From a bacterium (GTDB lineage Bacteria; Zhuqueibacterota; Zhuqueibacteria; Zhuqueibacterales; Zhuqueibacteraceae): a DNA stretch of 64,000 bases. The notes under the pieces are model-generated. The model saw only the letters and a list, made by a program, of their open reading frames with translations. It was not told the origin of the DNA and did not search any database. This document shows positions 27,420 to 36,118 of this stretch, piece after piece. Position numbers and translations under genes: made by a program. The stretch's first letter is position 1. Each line of letters starts with the position of its first letter. The stretch spans positions 9,482-73,481 of the forward strand of contig JBIOXB010000241.1 of assembly GCA_044869275.1 (NCBI GenBank), read 5' to 3'.

Positions 27420-28157
27420 ATGGGCACAACCTTGGAAAACTTTTTCATCACTCTTGGAAAATTCTTCTTTAAATACCGCAATGCTTTTTTCCCAATCGTC
27501 TATGTTTGCCTGATTCTGTTCACCCGCCCCGGCTTGTTTTGGGGGAATGCGCAATGGGACAAATTTGCCTGCGCGCTCGGCGTGTTGCTGGCGCTTTCCG
27601 GCCAGGCATTTCGAATTCTGGTTATTGGGTTCGCGTATATCCGGCGGGGCGGAAAAGACGGCAAAGTATTTGCGGAATCCCTGGTGCAAACCGGGTTTTA
27701 TGCGCACACGCGAAATCCAATGTACGTCGGAAACTACCTCATTCTCCTGGGATTTGTGTTGCTCTATGGATCGCTGTGGGGGTACATCTTGGTTCTGCCT
27801 CTTTTCACTTTGATCTATTATGCGATTGTGAAAAATGAGGAGAGCTATTTAAAGCAGACATTTGGTCAGGAATATGCCGCATACGAAGCCAGCGTCAGCA
27901 GGTTTATCCCCAATTTCCGGGGGATAAAAAACTCACTGCAAAAGTACCACTATGACTGGAAGAAAGTCTTGAGCAAGGAATATGGCACCATTTCTCTGCT
28001 TTTGGCCGCCATATTGATCGTGTTGATCTGGAAAGAAGCGGTGATCTTTGGCTATGATCAGATGCGAAGCCAAATCGGAGTTTGGGCGCTGTGGTTTATT
28101 CCGATCATTCTTTTCTATGGCATCACGCGCTACTTGAAGAAAACCGATAGATTGTGA
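27420..28157 (+). CDS. ICMT/PEMT-family integral membrane methyltransferase, LmtA-like
   Basis: Multiple TM helices; 'LVQTGFYAHTRNPMYVGN', 'EESYLKQTFGQEYAAY...RFIP'; N-terminal 'GKFFFKYR'. Confidence 0.85.
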   Translation: MGTTLENFFITLGKFFFKYRNAFFPIVYVCLILFTRPGLFWGNAQWDKFACALGVLLALSGQAFRILVIGFAYIRRGGKDGKVFAESLVQTGFYAHTRNPMYVGNYLILLGFVLLYGSLWGYILVLPLFTLIYYAIVKNEESYLKQTFGQEYAAYEASVSRFIPNFRGIKNSLQKYHYDWKKVLSKEYGTISLLLAAILIVLIWKEAVIFGYDQMRSQIGVWALWFIPIILFYGITRYLKKTDRL

Positions 28158-28206
28158 AGGGTTTTGAAACTTAGCCATGTCCGGTTTTCCCTATCGTGCC
28201 GGCAAC

Positions 28207-28233
28207 AAAAAAAGGCCTCTGGCGGAGGCCTTT
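28207..28233 (-). terminator. Intrinsic terminator of nrdJ
   Basis: AAAGGCCTC...GAGGCCTTT hairpin with a T7 tract on the minus strand. Confidence 0.75.
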
Positions 28234-28259
28234 GTCATTTCTTTCCAAGCGCAAAACTA

Positions 28260-30650
28260 TTACAGCATGACTTCGCAGGATCCCGCCAGGCACGCCAGCT
28301 CCTGCGCCGCCGTGGTCAAATCTTCCTCTTCATAATAATACAATTTCGAGAAGTCGATTTGCGGGAAGGCAGCGGCGAGGCGCCGGTATTCTTCGGCCGT
28401 GATCTCGACATAAGGCATTTGGTGATATTGCGCGTCGAAGGCAGGCAGAAAAGTCATGCCGCCGATCACCTCGCGATGATCCCACGTCCATTTGATGACG
28501 TCCAGCACCTCATCGGGATGGTAGGTGATGGTGACGCTGGGATTGTGCTCGGTCCAATGCAGCTTGTTTTGCAGCCAGTACTGGCATTGCTCGAGCGCGG
28601 TGCGATCCTTGCGCGTGACGGCATGGTCCGGCGCTTTCACGGGAAAATGCACGACCCAGGTGTTGGCATTTTCCGGTGTCTGGCCGTTTTCCGGATCCAT
28701 GGGCACGCCGGCGTCTTTCAGCACTTTGAAGATGGGCGTATGCGTGCCCACGCGCACGTTGCGAATGTAGTAATTCGACCAGCGCGCGTGAATGCCCGGC
28801 GAGCAATCGAACAATTGCGAAGAATTGCCTGAAGGCTTCACGCAGGTAATCGAGACTGAAGGATTGATGGCGAGCTTCTCCGCTGCGGCGCGATTGACGG
28901 TGAGGGCAAATTCTTTCAAACGGCGCTGCACTTCGGGGTCTTGTGCAATGGGAGTGTCCAACTGACCGTTGATATCCACGCCCAACAGGCGCTCCTCCTC
29001 GCAATTTTGTTGCCATTGCGGGCGCAGGCCGGGAAAATGCGTGGCCATGGACTGAATCGTGCCGATGATGGTGGCGAGTTCGACTTTTTCTTGCAAGCTT
29101 GCGAAGGTATCTTGCGGCCGCGCGATAGCGATGGACAAATTGCAGAACTCAAAGGGCCGCAACACGATTTCGCCACAAGGATTGGTGCCGAATTCCCCGG
29201 CCTTGCGGCGCGGAGAACGCGAAGCAATCGCCGCCTCACGATTGAAAATACCCGGCTCGCCACGGCCGCCCTCTGCCATTTCCAGCATCTGCTGCGCGAG
29301 CTCGATTTGGGTCAACCCGCCTTCCGGCCAGACCGCAGAGTTATTGGCGTTCCAGCGCTGGCTGTTTTCACGCTCGAAGTCGCCGCTCTTGGCATTGCGC
29401 ATTTCTTCGTCATCGTAATCGAACAAGGAGATCATCGCGGTGCGGCGCACGCCGCCGGAAACCGCGGCGTTGCCCACGGCGCACATGAGATCGTGTGCAT
29501 CGATCGGCCGCAAGAAACTCCCTTGCCGCGCCAAAATGCGCGCCCGCGCAAATTCCAGCATTTTGCGCAGCGGCTCAGGGCCGGAAGCGCGGCCGCCCTT
29601 TGTGCGTAGCGGCGCGCCTGCCGGACGCAGCTGGGAATAATCGAAGTGAATGTCGCCCCCCTCAAACCAGATGTGCAGGGCTTTACGCAAAGCCGCGGCC
29701 CAGCCTTCGGAGGAATCATCAATCGTGTGCGCTGCCGGCGCAGCTTTGGTTTGGCGGCGCACGCGCGGGAAATCTTCCACATAGCGGCTCTCCACGGAAT
29801 AGCCGACGCCGCACCCACTCATGGAGATGATCAATGCTTCGACAAAAGAATCGATGCTGTCCACCGGCATGTAGGAGCAGTTGTAAATCGCTACGTTGTT
29901 GCGGCGCGCGGCCGGGCCCGCCATCGCGAGCAAGCGCATGGACGGCATCGCGCGCATTTCCAGCATGCCCTGGCGAATGCGGGCATAGGTCTTCTCTTCC
30001 AGACGCGCGTGCGAAAGCTCTTTCAGATATTGGACGGCGCGATCGACGGTTTCAATCCAGGTTTCGCGGCGGTTGAGATCGTAGTTGAAGCGCGAGTATT
30101 TATCGTAGAATTGGAATTTCTGGAGCTGCGTGGGAAAATATTGATCGGACTCGGCAAACGCCCGGCGCACTTCCTTGGGAATCGGGCGGACTTGGCGAAT
30201 CTTGGCATGCTCGGCGCGGTAAAGAATGTAGCGTTTCGCCGCCTCGTATTCGCCCGCGGCTTGCAAGACGGTTTCCACGATGTCCTGTACTTCTTCCACC
30301 GTGGGATGGCTGTACTTTGCCGCAATGATGTTCGCGACTTGTTGCGCCAATTCCGCGACCGGGATATTCGGCTGTCGTCCGAAGCTGGCGAAACAACGCG
30401 TGATCGCGTTTTCGATGCGCGCCACCTCGAAGGCGACCACGCGGCCGTCGCGCTTGGTAATGCTGACTGGGACGGTGACTTGCGATTGATTGGCCGAGGT
30501 TCCGTGGGCATGGTGTTTCCCATTTTTCCGGGGAGCATAAACAGGCGGTTCGGCAATGGCCTCGCGCTTGCTTTCCGGATTCACGGTTTCCGAGGTTGCG
30601 GATGCATTCAATGGATGCTGGTTCGTGGATGCCATGAGGTCTTCCTCCAT
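28260..30650 (-). CDS. nrdJ: Class II (adenosylcobalamin-dependent, RTPR/monomeric-type) ribonucleotide reductase with N-terminal ATP-cone
   Basis: ATP-cone 'ITKRDGRVVAF...EEVQDIVE...AAKRYILYR'; 'YNC', 'GGVRRTA', 'GTNPCGEI', 'TCVKPSG'; C-terminal redox pair 'CLAGSC'. Confidence 0.88.
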   Translation of the reverse strand: MEEDLMASTNQHPLNASATSETVNPESKREAIAEPPVYAPRKNGKHHAHGTSANQSQVTVPVSITKRDGRVVAFEVARIENAITRCFASFGRQPNIPVAELAQQVANIIAAKYSHPTVEEVQDIVETVLQAAGEYEAAKRYILYRAEHAKIRQVRPIPKEVRRAFAESDQYFPTQLQKFQFYDKYSRFNYDLNRRETWIETVDRAVQYLKELSHARLEEKTYARIRQGMLEMRAMPSMRLLAMAGPAARRNNVAIYNCSYMPVDSIDSFVEALIISMSGCGVGYSVESRYVEDFPRVRRQTKAAPAAHTIDDSSEGWAAALRKALHIWFEGGDIHFDYSQLRPAGAPLRTKGGRASGPEPLRKMLEFARARILARQGSFLRPIDAHDLMCAVGNAAVSGGVRRTAMISLFDYDDEEMRNAKSGDFERENSQRWNANNSAVWPEGGLTQIELAQQMLEMAEGGRGEPGIFNREAAIASRSPRRKAGEFGTNPCGEIVLRPFEFCNLSIAIARPQDTFASLQEKVELATIIGTIQSMATHFPGLRPQWQQNCEEERLLGVDINGQLDTPIAQDPEVQRRLKEFALTVNRAAAEKLAINPSVSITCVKPSGNSSQLFDCSPGIHARWSNYYIRNVRVGTHTPIFKVLKDAGVPMDPENGQTPENANTWVVHFPVKAPDHAVTRKDRTALEQCQYWLQNKLHWTEHNPSVTITYHPDEVLDVIKWTWDHREVIGGMTFLPAFDAQYHQMPYVEITAEEYRRLAAAFPQIDFSKLYYYEEEDLTTAAQELACLAGSCEVML

Positions 30651-30793
30651 GCTCAGGCGCCGTCCGGTTTCGGTGGCCGAATCCCTTCTTCATCTGTTCG
30701 CGCGACAGCGAGCGATGGTACCGAAATCTTACTGCGCGGTTCAAAAAAAAGCGACAATAATATAAGTTTTCTGTATGTTTCAGTCAAGAAAAA

Positions 30794-30840
30794 TTTCAAT
30801 ATATTGTATGTTTTTTTTGTTCTCCCACAACTGGTTGTGT
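30794..30840. promoter_or_regulatory. Tandem NrdR boxes
   Basis: TTTCAATATATTGTAT (30794-30809) and CCACAACTGGTTGTGT (30825-30840), 31 bp apart, upstream of the RNR gene; consensus acaCwAtATaTwGtgt. Confidence 0.7.
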
Positions 30841-30892
30841 TTCAGAACACCAGAGACACCTATAGATTATAATTTTTGTTCACCAGAGAGAA

Positions 30893-31537
30893 CTAAAAAC
30901 TCAAAGCGGTACCAGCGAACAATTGGGATAGAAATCTTACAGGCGGGCCAATGAGAAACCTGAACACCGAAACATTGGTGAATTGCCCGATTAAAATGAG
31001 CGCGAGCAAGAGCAGCGGTCCCACGGTTTCAAAGCGCAGGTAGGATACCAGCAAACGAGGCGGCAACAAGCTGCGCAGAATTTTGCTGCCGTCAAGCGGT
31101 GGAATGGGAATGAGGTTGAAAAAGGCAAGCACAAGGTTGATGAATAAACCATAGCGCAACATCACCATCACGGTGACGCCGCCTTCCGCGAGAGGAAGGA
31201 TTTCGGTATGCGATAAACGCAAAATCATGCCGGCGAGAAATGCCAGGAGCAAATTGGAAACCGGGCCTGCGGCGGCGACCAACAGCATGTCGCGATTCGG
31301 ATGGCGAAAGTACTGGGGGTTGACCGGCACCGGCTTCGCCCATCCGAAGTTGGCCACGAATAGCATGATCGTTCCGAGCGGATCGAGATGTTTGAGCGGA
31401 TTGAGCGTCAACCGTCCCAGCATTTTGGCGGTGGGGTCGCCGAGGCGGTACGCCACATACGCATGCGCGAATTCGTGCACAGTCAGGGCGATGAGGATCG
31501 GTGGAGCCGAGAGCAGAACATAGTCCAGAGAGAGCAA
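30893..31537 (-). CDS. Site-2 protease (peptidase M50)
   Basis: HEFAH, GDPTAK..GRLTLNP, GWAKPVP, FNLIPIPPLDG. Confidence 0.93.
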   Translation of the reverse strand: MLSLDYVLLSAPPILIALTVHEFAHAYVAYRLGDPTAKMLGRLTLNPLKHLDPLGTIMLFVANFGWAKPVPVNPQYFRHPNRDMLLVAAAGPVSNLLLAFLAGMILRLSHTEILPLAEGGVTVMVMLRYGLFINLVLAFFNLIPIPPLDGSKILRSLLPPRLLVSYLRFETVGPLLLLALILIGQFTNVSVFRFLIGPPVRFLSQLFAGTALSF

Positions 31538-31600
31538 ATTTGCTCCAGTCGCTCAGCAGCGAGGCAGTGCGGTTCCAGGGTTGAGGGCTTCCGCTTTAGA

Positions 31601-32104
31601 TTAGCTTTTAATGCGCATCAGCGGCGCGCCTTTTTCCACCGGCGCGCGCGCTTCGACGAGGATGTCGGCCACCGTGCCGGCGGCCGGAGATCTGATCTCA
31701 TTTTCCATTTTCATGGCTTCGATGACGATCAAGCCCTGTCCCTTCTCCACACGTTCGCCCTTTTGAACTTCAAGCCGGACCACCAGGCCCGGCATCGGCG
31801 CCTTCACCAGTGCCGTACTGGATTCGGCTTCCGTCTGGGATTGCAGCTTTTTGAAAACCGCTTGCCGCTCATCCTCAACCGTGCCGTTAAAGGTCTGATG
31901 GCCGATGCAGATTTGCTGCCGGCCCTCCACCTCCGCAATTTGAACGGAATAGACCTCGCCGTTCACCAGCAACGAGTACAAATCGCCGCTGACCTGGTGC
32001 ACATCAAAATGTAGCCTCTGGCCGTTAATTTCGGCCATTTGCTTACGAAGATCGAAGTTTTGGACGAGAATGGTTTCGCCGTCGAGTTGAACGTGATAGT
32101 TCAT
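31601..32104 (-). CDS. Biotin carboxyl carrier protein (acyl-CoA carboxylase subunit)
   Basis: APMPG and EAMKMEN biotinylation motif. Confidence 0.92.
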   Translation of the reverse strand: MNYHVQLDGETILVQNFDLRKQMAEINGQRLHFDVHQVSGDLYSLLVNGEVYSVQIAEVEGRQQICIGHQTFNGTVEDERQAVFKKLQSQTEAESSTALVKAPMPGLVVRLEVQKGERVEKGQGLIVIEAMKMENEIRSPAAGTVADILVEARAPVEKGAPLMRIKS

Positions 32105-32119
32105 GCTTGCCGGCGCCGC

Positions 32120-32587
32120 TCAATTCCACTCTTCACGATCGTCCCAATCCAGGCTGTCGTCCTCTTCGTCAAGACTCTCTTCATCCTCCCATTCTTCGTC
32201 TTCCCATTCTTCCTCGTCATCCAGATCTTCTTCTTCCTCCCAATCTTCTTCCTCCTCTTCTTCTTCATCATCATCTTCTTCCCAATCGGCGTCGTCCCAC
32301 TCCTCCAAATCATCCGCGTCTTCTTCTTCCTCCTCGTCCAATTCTTCCTCGGGCTCCTCCGCCTCAGCGTCATCCTTTTCTTCTTCCTCTTCTTCCCACT
32401 CTTCTTCAGGCTCTTCTTCGTCGGGTCCGGCTTTGCGCCTGGGCATGCCGTAGAGCGGCAAGGGCGACTCCTCGGCATGGTCCAAACGGAATTGAGAAAA
32501 GCCCGCCGCCAGACTCATCAGCGATGCGAAATCGCCGGTGAAGCGTTCATCTGGGCGCAGCTCCTCGGTTTGAAACTTGGTCAACAT
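32120..32587 (-). CDS. Hypothetical protein with a very long Glu/Asp-rich tail punctuated by Trp
   Basis: GGAGAAG RBS before MLTKFQ; about 100 residues almost entirely E/D; in operon orientation. Confidence 0.7.
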   Translation of the reverse strand: MLTKFQTEELRPDERFTGDFASLMSLAAGFSQFRLDHAEESPLPLYGMPRRKAGPDEEEPEEEWEEEEEEKDDAEAEEPEEELDEEEEEDADDLEEWDDADWEEDDDEEEEEEEDWEEEEDLDDEEEWEDEEWEDEESLDEEDDSLDWDDREEWN

Positions 32588-32709
32588 TTTCTTCTCCTTG
32601 GGAGTTTTGGTCATCCAATTCGATTCGCCTGGCTCATGCAACAACCCTCGTTGTTTGCCGGGAGGCGATTTTCAACTTTTATAACAACCTGGCAAGGTTG
32701 ATTGGCAAA

Positions 32710-33843
32710 TTAATCGACACTGCTATGTTGAAATCGGCGGTAAATCGCTTCAGTCTCATCGAGCATACGCTCCAGCGAGAATTTCTCCCGCGCCGCCTGT
32801 TGTGCCGCGGCAGCGAGGCGTTCGCGCAGGTTTTGATTTTCGGCGAGCAGCCGGCACGCGGAGGTCAGGGCATTCAGGTCGCGCGGTGGCACCAAAATTC
32901 CAGTGCGATCATGCTCGAGAATGTCCAAGATGCCGTCGGAATTCGAAGCCACGATCGGCTTGCGTGCGGCCATGGCTTCGATCACCACCATGCCGAAGGC
33001 TTCCGCGTGCGACGGAAACACGAACACGTCCATGGCGGCAAGCACACGAGGAATATCTTTGCGAAATCCGGCGTACTTCACCAGGCGCTCGAGCCGCAAC
33101 TCTTGCAGGCGATGCAAAATCAATTCCGCATCTTGGGGCTCGCCGCGTGTGGCTTCACCTACGATCAAGAATCTCGCCGATGGAATTTGCGCGGACAAAT
33201 CTCGTGCCATCTCCAGAAACTCCAAGTATCCCTTGCCGATTTGCAAGCGACCGATCATGCCGAATACGATATCGCCGCTGGAAAATCCCCACTCGGATCG
33301 CAAAGAACGATCGGAAGTGTTTTCCTTGGAAAATTCCTGCAAATCGATGCCGTGGTGAACCACCCCGACCTGGCTGGGCAATATAGGATGTGTCGCGATC
33401 AGATTCCGGCGTATAACTTCGGAGATAGCAATTAAAAAATTGACCCGTTTGTAAATGACCTGGTGCAGCTTGTCGCGCTTGGCTCGGCCTGTGCCAATGT
33501 GCTTGGTCAAAATCAAGGGGATTTCTTTCTTTCCGCTGCCCAGCGCTAATGCCGGCACGATCGTCCACAGATCGCGCGAAAAATGCGCATGGATGAGATC
33601 CACCCGCTGCTGTTGCAAAAACCGCTGCAGCCTTCGAACGGCAACCGGATGAAGATAGCCGGACAATTTCAATGGATACAATTCAAGTTCGGATTCGCGT
33701 AAATCCTTTTCCAATGGGGAATCTGGTGAACAAACGACTAGTATGTTGTGCCCACGCTTCTGCAATTTCCGGCTTAAGAATCCAACATGCATCTCCATGC
33801 CGCCCCATGATCGGGAGGTACAGATTTGCACTACTGTCGCCAT
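32710..33843 (-). CDS. Glycosyltransferase family 4
   Basis: WGGME, GRLQIGKG, PSHAEAFGMVVIEAM. Confidence 0.93.
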   Translation of the reverse strand: MATVVQICTSRSWGGMEMHVGFLSRKLQKRGHNILVVCSPDSPLEKDLRESELELYPLKLSGYLHPVAVRRLQRFLQQQRVDLIHAHFSRDLWTIVPALALGSGKKEIPLILTKHIGTGRAKRDKLHQVIYKRVNFLIAISEVIRRNLIATHPILPSQVGVVHHGIDLQEFSKENTSDRSLRSEWGFSSGDIVFGMIGRLQIGKGYLEFLEMARDLSAQIPSARFLIVGEATRGEPQDAELILHRLQELRLERLVKYAGFRKDIPRVLAAMDVFVFPSHAEAFGMVVIEAMAARKPIVASNSDGILDILEHDRTGILVPPRDLNALTSACRLLAENQNLRERLAAAAQQAAREKFSLERMLDETEAIYRRFQHSSVD

Positions 33844-33957
33844 CCTCGCCTACGCTAAATGCTTGATAACCTATGCTTAAAAAATTTCAGGCGGCAAAAT
33901 AAACCTTCAATTCTCAAAAAGCAAGTTTTTTTTGGAAAAGCTGCGTGACAGGAACGA

Positions 33958-34542
33958 TCAACAATATAGCCGATTCGCCTCGAGATAATATCGCACGCTT
34001 TCCGGCACGAGATAGCGCACCGTGTTGTTGCTTTGCAGGCGGCGGCGTATTTCCGTTGAAGAAATTTCCACGATGGGCGCATCGAGAATGCGGCAGGCCC
34101 GCAAAAACTCCGGACGAACGGATTGGGGGTCGGCCTCCAGGCGGGGGTAAACGAGCAGCTGGGCAAGTTGGATGATGGTTTCCGGCTCGCGCCATTGTGC
34201 AAACGCGGCCAGGCTATCCATGCCGATAATCAGGTGCAATTCTGGAGCGACATATTCAGACGCTGTTTGCAATTGGCGCAAGGTATCGACGGTGTAAGAT
34301 GCCCCCGCGCGTTGCACTTCAAGGGTGGAAACGGAAAAACACGGATTACCAGCCAGGGCCAGGCGCAACATGGTCAGGCGATGCGAAACCGGCGCCAGCG
34401 CCTCGGTGTTCTTGTGAGGCGGGCGTGGCGACAGAACGAAGAGCACGCGATCGAGCCTGGCTTCCGAGCGCGCGGCTTCGGCCACGATGAGGTGGCCCAG
34501 ATGAACCGGATCAAAAGTTCCGCCAAATACTCCGAGTCGCAT
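33958..34542 (-). CDS. nadD: Nicotinate-nucleotide adenylyltransferase
   Basis: FGGTFDPVHLGH, PPHK, SYTVDT, ISSTEIR. Confidence 0.96.
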   Translation of the reverse strand: MRLGVFGGTFDPVHLGHLIVAEAARSEARLDRVLFVLSPRPPHKNTEALAPVSHRLTMLRLALAGNPCFSVSTLEVQRAGASYTVDTLRQLQTASEYVAPELHLIIGMDSLAAFAQWREPETIIQLAQLLVYPRLEADPQSVRPEFLRACRILDAPIVEISSTEIRRRLQSNNTVRYLVPESVRYYLEANRLYC

Positions 34543-34560
34543 TGCCGCGGCTCCCGACCT

Positions 34561-35424
34561 CTATTTTTGCGCGTTGCCGTTCACACCCAGCTCCTCGTCG
34601 ATGCTCTTCAACAAGGCCTCGGCGCGCCCTTGATACTTTCCCCGGGATTTGCCGCCGGACTCTTCCTGCTGCTTCAGCGCCTCTTTGCGGTAGCGATCCA
34701 TGAGCTGATACAGCGCTTCTTTGGCACCACTGTAGCGCAACAGTTTACACAGGATTTCGGCTTTAAAGTAGAGCGCAGGCTCGGCAAAGACGGTGTCATA
34801 ATAACGGTTCAGCACTTCATCGTAATACACCAGCGCTGCATCAAAGTATGACAGGCGGCGATACAGGTCGGCGCTGCTGTATTCTTTTTTGGCCAGCTTG
34901 TGGCGCAGCTCTTGCAGCTTTTGTGAAGCCTCATCCTTCAATTCGCTCTCGGGATAGTCTTCCAGAAATTTTTGGAATTCTTCCACCGCCTGGGAGGTGT
35001 ATTTTTGATCCAGATCGGCTTTGGGCGAGAGCTCATAATAGCACAACGCGATTTTGTATTGCGCATCGTCGAGATATTCGCTGCGTGCATAGAGGCGCAG
35101 TACCTTCTCATATTCCGCGGCGGCGACGATGAATTCCCCGATATGGAAATGACATTCGGCCAGGTGAAATTGCGCTTGATCGACGATGGCGCTGCCCGGC
35201 GCATTCAAGGTGATGATACGGAATTGCGTACGCGCGTCGAGATAATCATGCTTTTCGAACAGCTGCATGGCATAGGCCAGCCGCTCTTCCGTGGTGATGT
35301 TGGCGCGCAGCTTGTTTCCACCGCAGGCGGTGAACCACGCACTGGCAACCGTGAAGACAAACATCAAACATATGTGTTTATGACCGCGAACCCAACTGCT
35401 CATGACATGTTGAAAAGACGACAT
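34561..35424 (-). CDS. bamD: Outer membrane protein assembly factor BamD
   Basis: Lipobox 'FTAC', TPRs, 'DLDQKYT..AVEEFQKFLEDYP', 'KLAKKEY'; start uncertain. Confidence 0.88.
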   Translation of the reverse strand: MSSFQHVMSSWVRGHKHICLMFVFTVASAWFTACGGNKLRANITTEERLAYAMQLFEKHDYLDARTQFRIITLNAPGSAIVDQAQFHLAECHFHIGEFIVAAAEYEKVLRLYARSEYLDDAQYKIALCYYELSPKADLDQKYTSQAVEEFQKFLEDYPESELKDEASQKLQELRHKLAKKEYSSADLYRRLSYFDAALVYYDEVLNRYYDTVFAEPALYFKAEILCKLLRYSGAKEALYQLMDRYRKEALKQQEESGGKSRGKYQGRAEALLKSIDEELGVNGNAQK

Positions 35425-35434
35425 CGGTATAATC

Positions 35435-36115
35435 CTACTTGCTTCGAAGTGAATAGAGAGCGTAGATCACCGCCCCGGTAGCTGCGGTTAACAACAACGG
35501 CTCCCAAAGTTTTCGCCCCGTGCTTTGCTCCTCCCATATTCCCACGGTGAAAGCTAGTCCGGGTGTCTCCAGGCGCGGCACCTGCGCCGCCTCAAGCGTG
35601 TCCGCCAGCGTTTCTGCAATCAAACCTTGAAAATAGACCGCGCCTGAGCGCGCCTGTTGCATGTCGAAATCCGCCGCCGCTCGAGCGGTGCGCCGGACTT
35701 TGCCCGTCCGGAACCAGCCTGCCGGCAATTGGCGATACGTCAACTCGAACTGGACGAGTTTGAAATCAATGCGTGCCGCGAGCGCCGTGCTATCCGCATT
35801 GGTAAATATCGTGCGTGGTTTTCCGCTCTGCAAAACTTCGATGAGTTTTTGATACAACAGCCGCTCGCTGGTTTCTTGCTCAAGAGAACGGTGCACGACC
35901 AAGACGGGCATATCGCTTACCCCGTCCAACTGCGCCACTGCGCGCCGGGTGATCTGTTGGAATATCCGCGCTGCAAATTGATAATTGGATTCTGCGCCTT
36001 GTGCCAATGCCTGCGAAATGCTCAAGCTCATGCTCAGAATCAATAAGAAGGCATAAGCGGAGCGGTGTTTTTCAATATTTTGGCCCAAGGAACTCAACAA
36101 AACCGTCCGATACAA
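35435..36115 (-). CDS. Hypothetical exported or membrane-anchored protein
   Basis: Signal-like segment and C-terminal hydrophobic helix 'EPLLLTAATGAVIYALYSLRS'; tight operon spacing. Confidence 0.7.
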   Translation of the reverse strand: MYRTVLLSSLGQNIEKHRSAYAFLLILSMSLSISQALAQGAESNYQFAARIFQQITRRAVAQLDGVSDMPVLVVHRSLEQETSERLLYQKLIEVLQSGKPRTIFTNADSTALAARIDFKLVQFELTYRQLPAGWFRTGKVRRTARAAADFDMQQARSGAVYFQGLIAETLADTLEAAQVPRLETPGLAFTVGIWEEQSTGRKLWEPLLLTAATGAVIYALYSLRSK

Positions 36116-36118
36116 CGC

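Noticed and set aside
30651..30892. Cobalamin riboswitch upstream of nrdJ
   Set aside because: No B12-box or GGGAA...GCCCCCGC-type motifs seen; NrdR boxes explain the region better.
32101..32541. Ser-rich and Lys/Arg-rich alternative-frame ORFs
   Set aside because: By-products of the low-complexity E/D codons; only the acidic frame has an RBS and operon fit.
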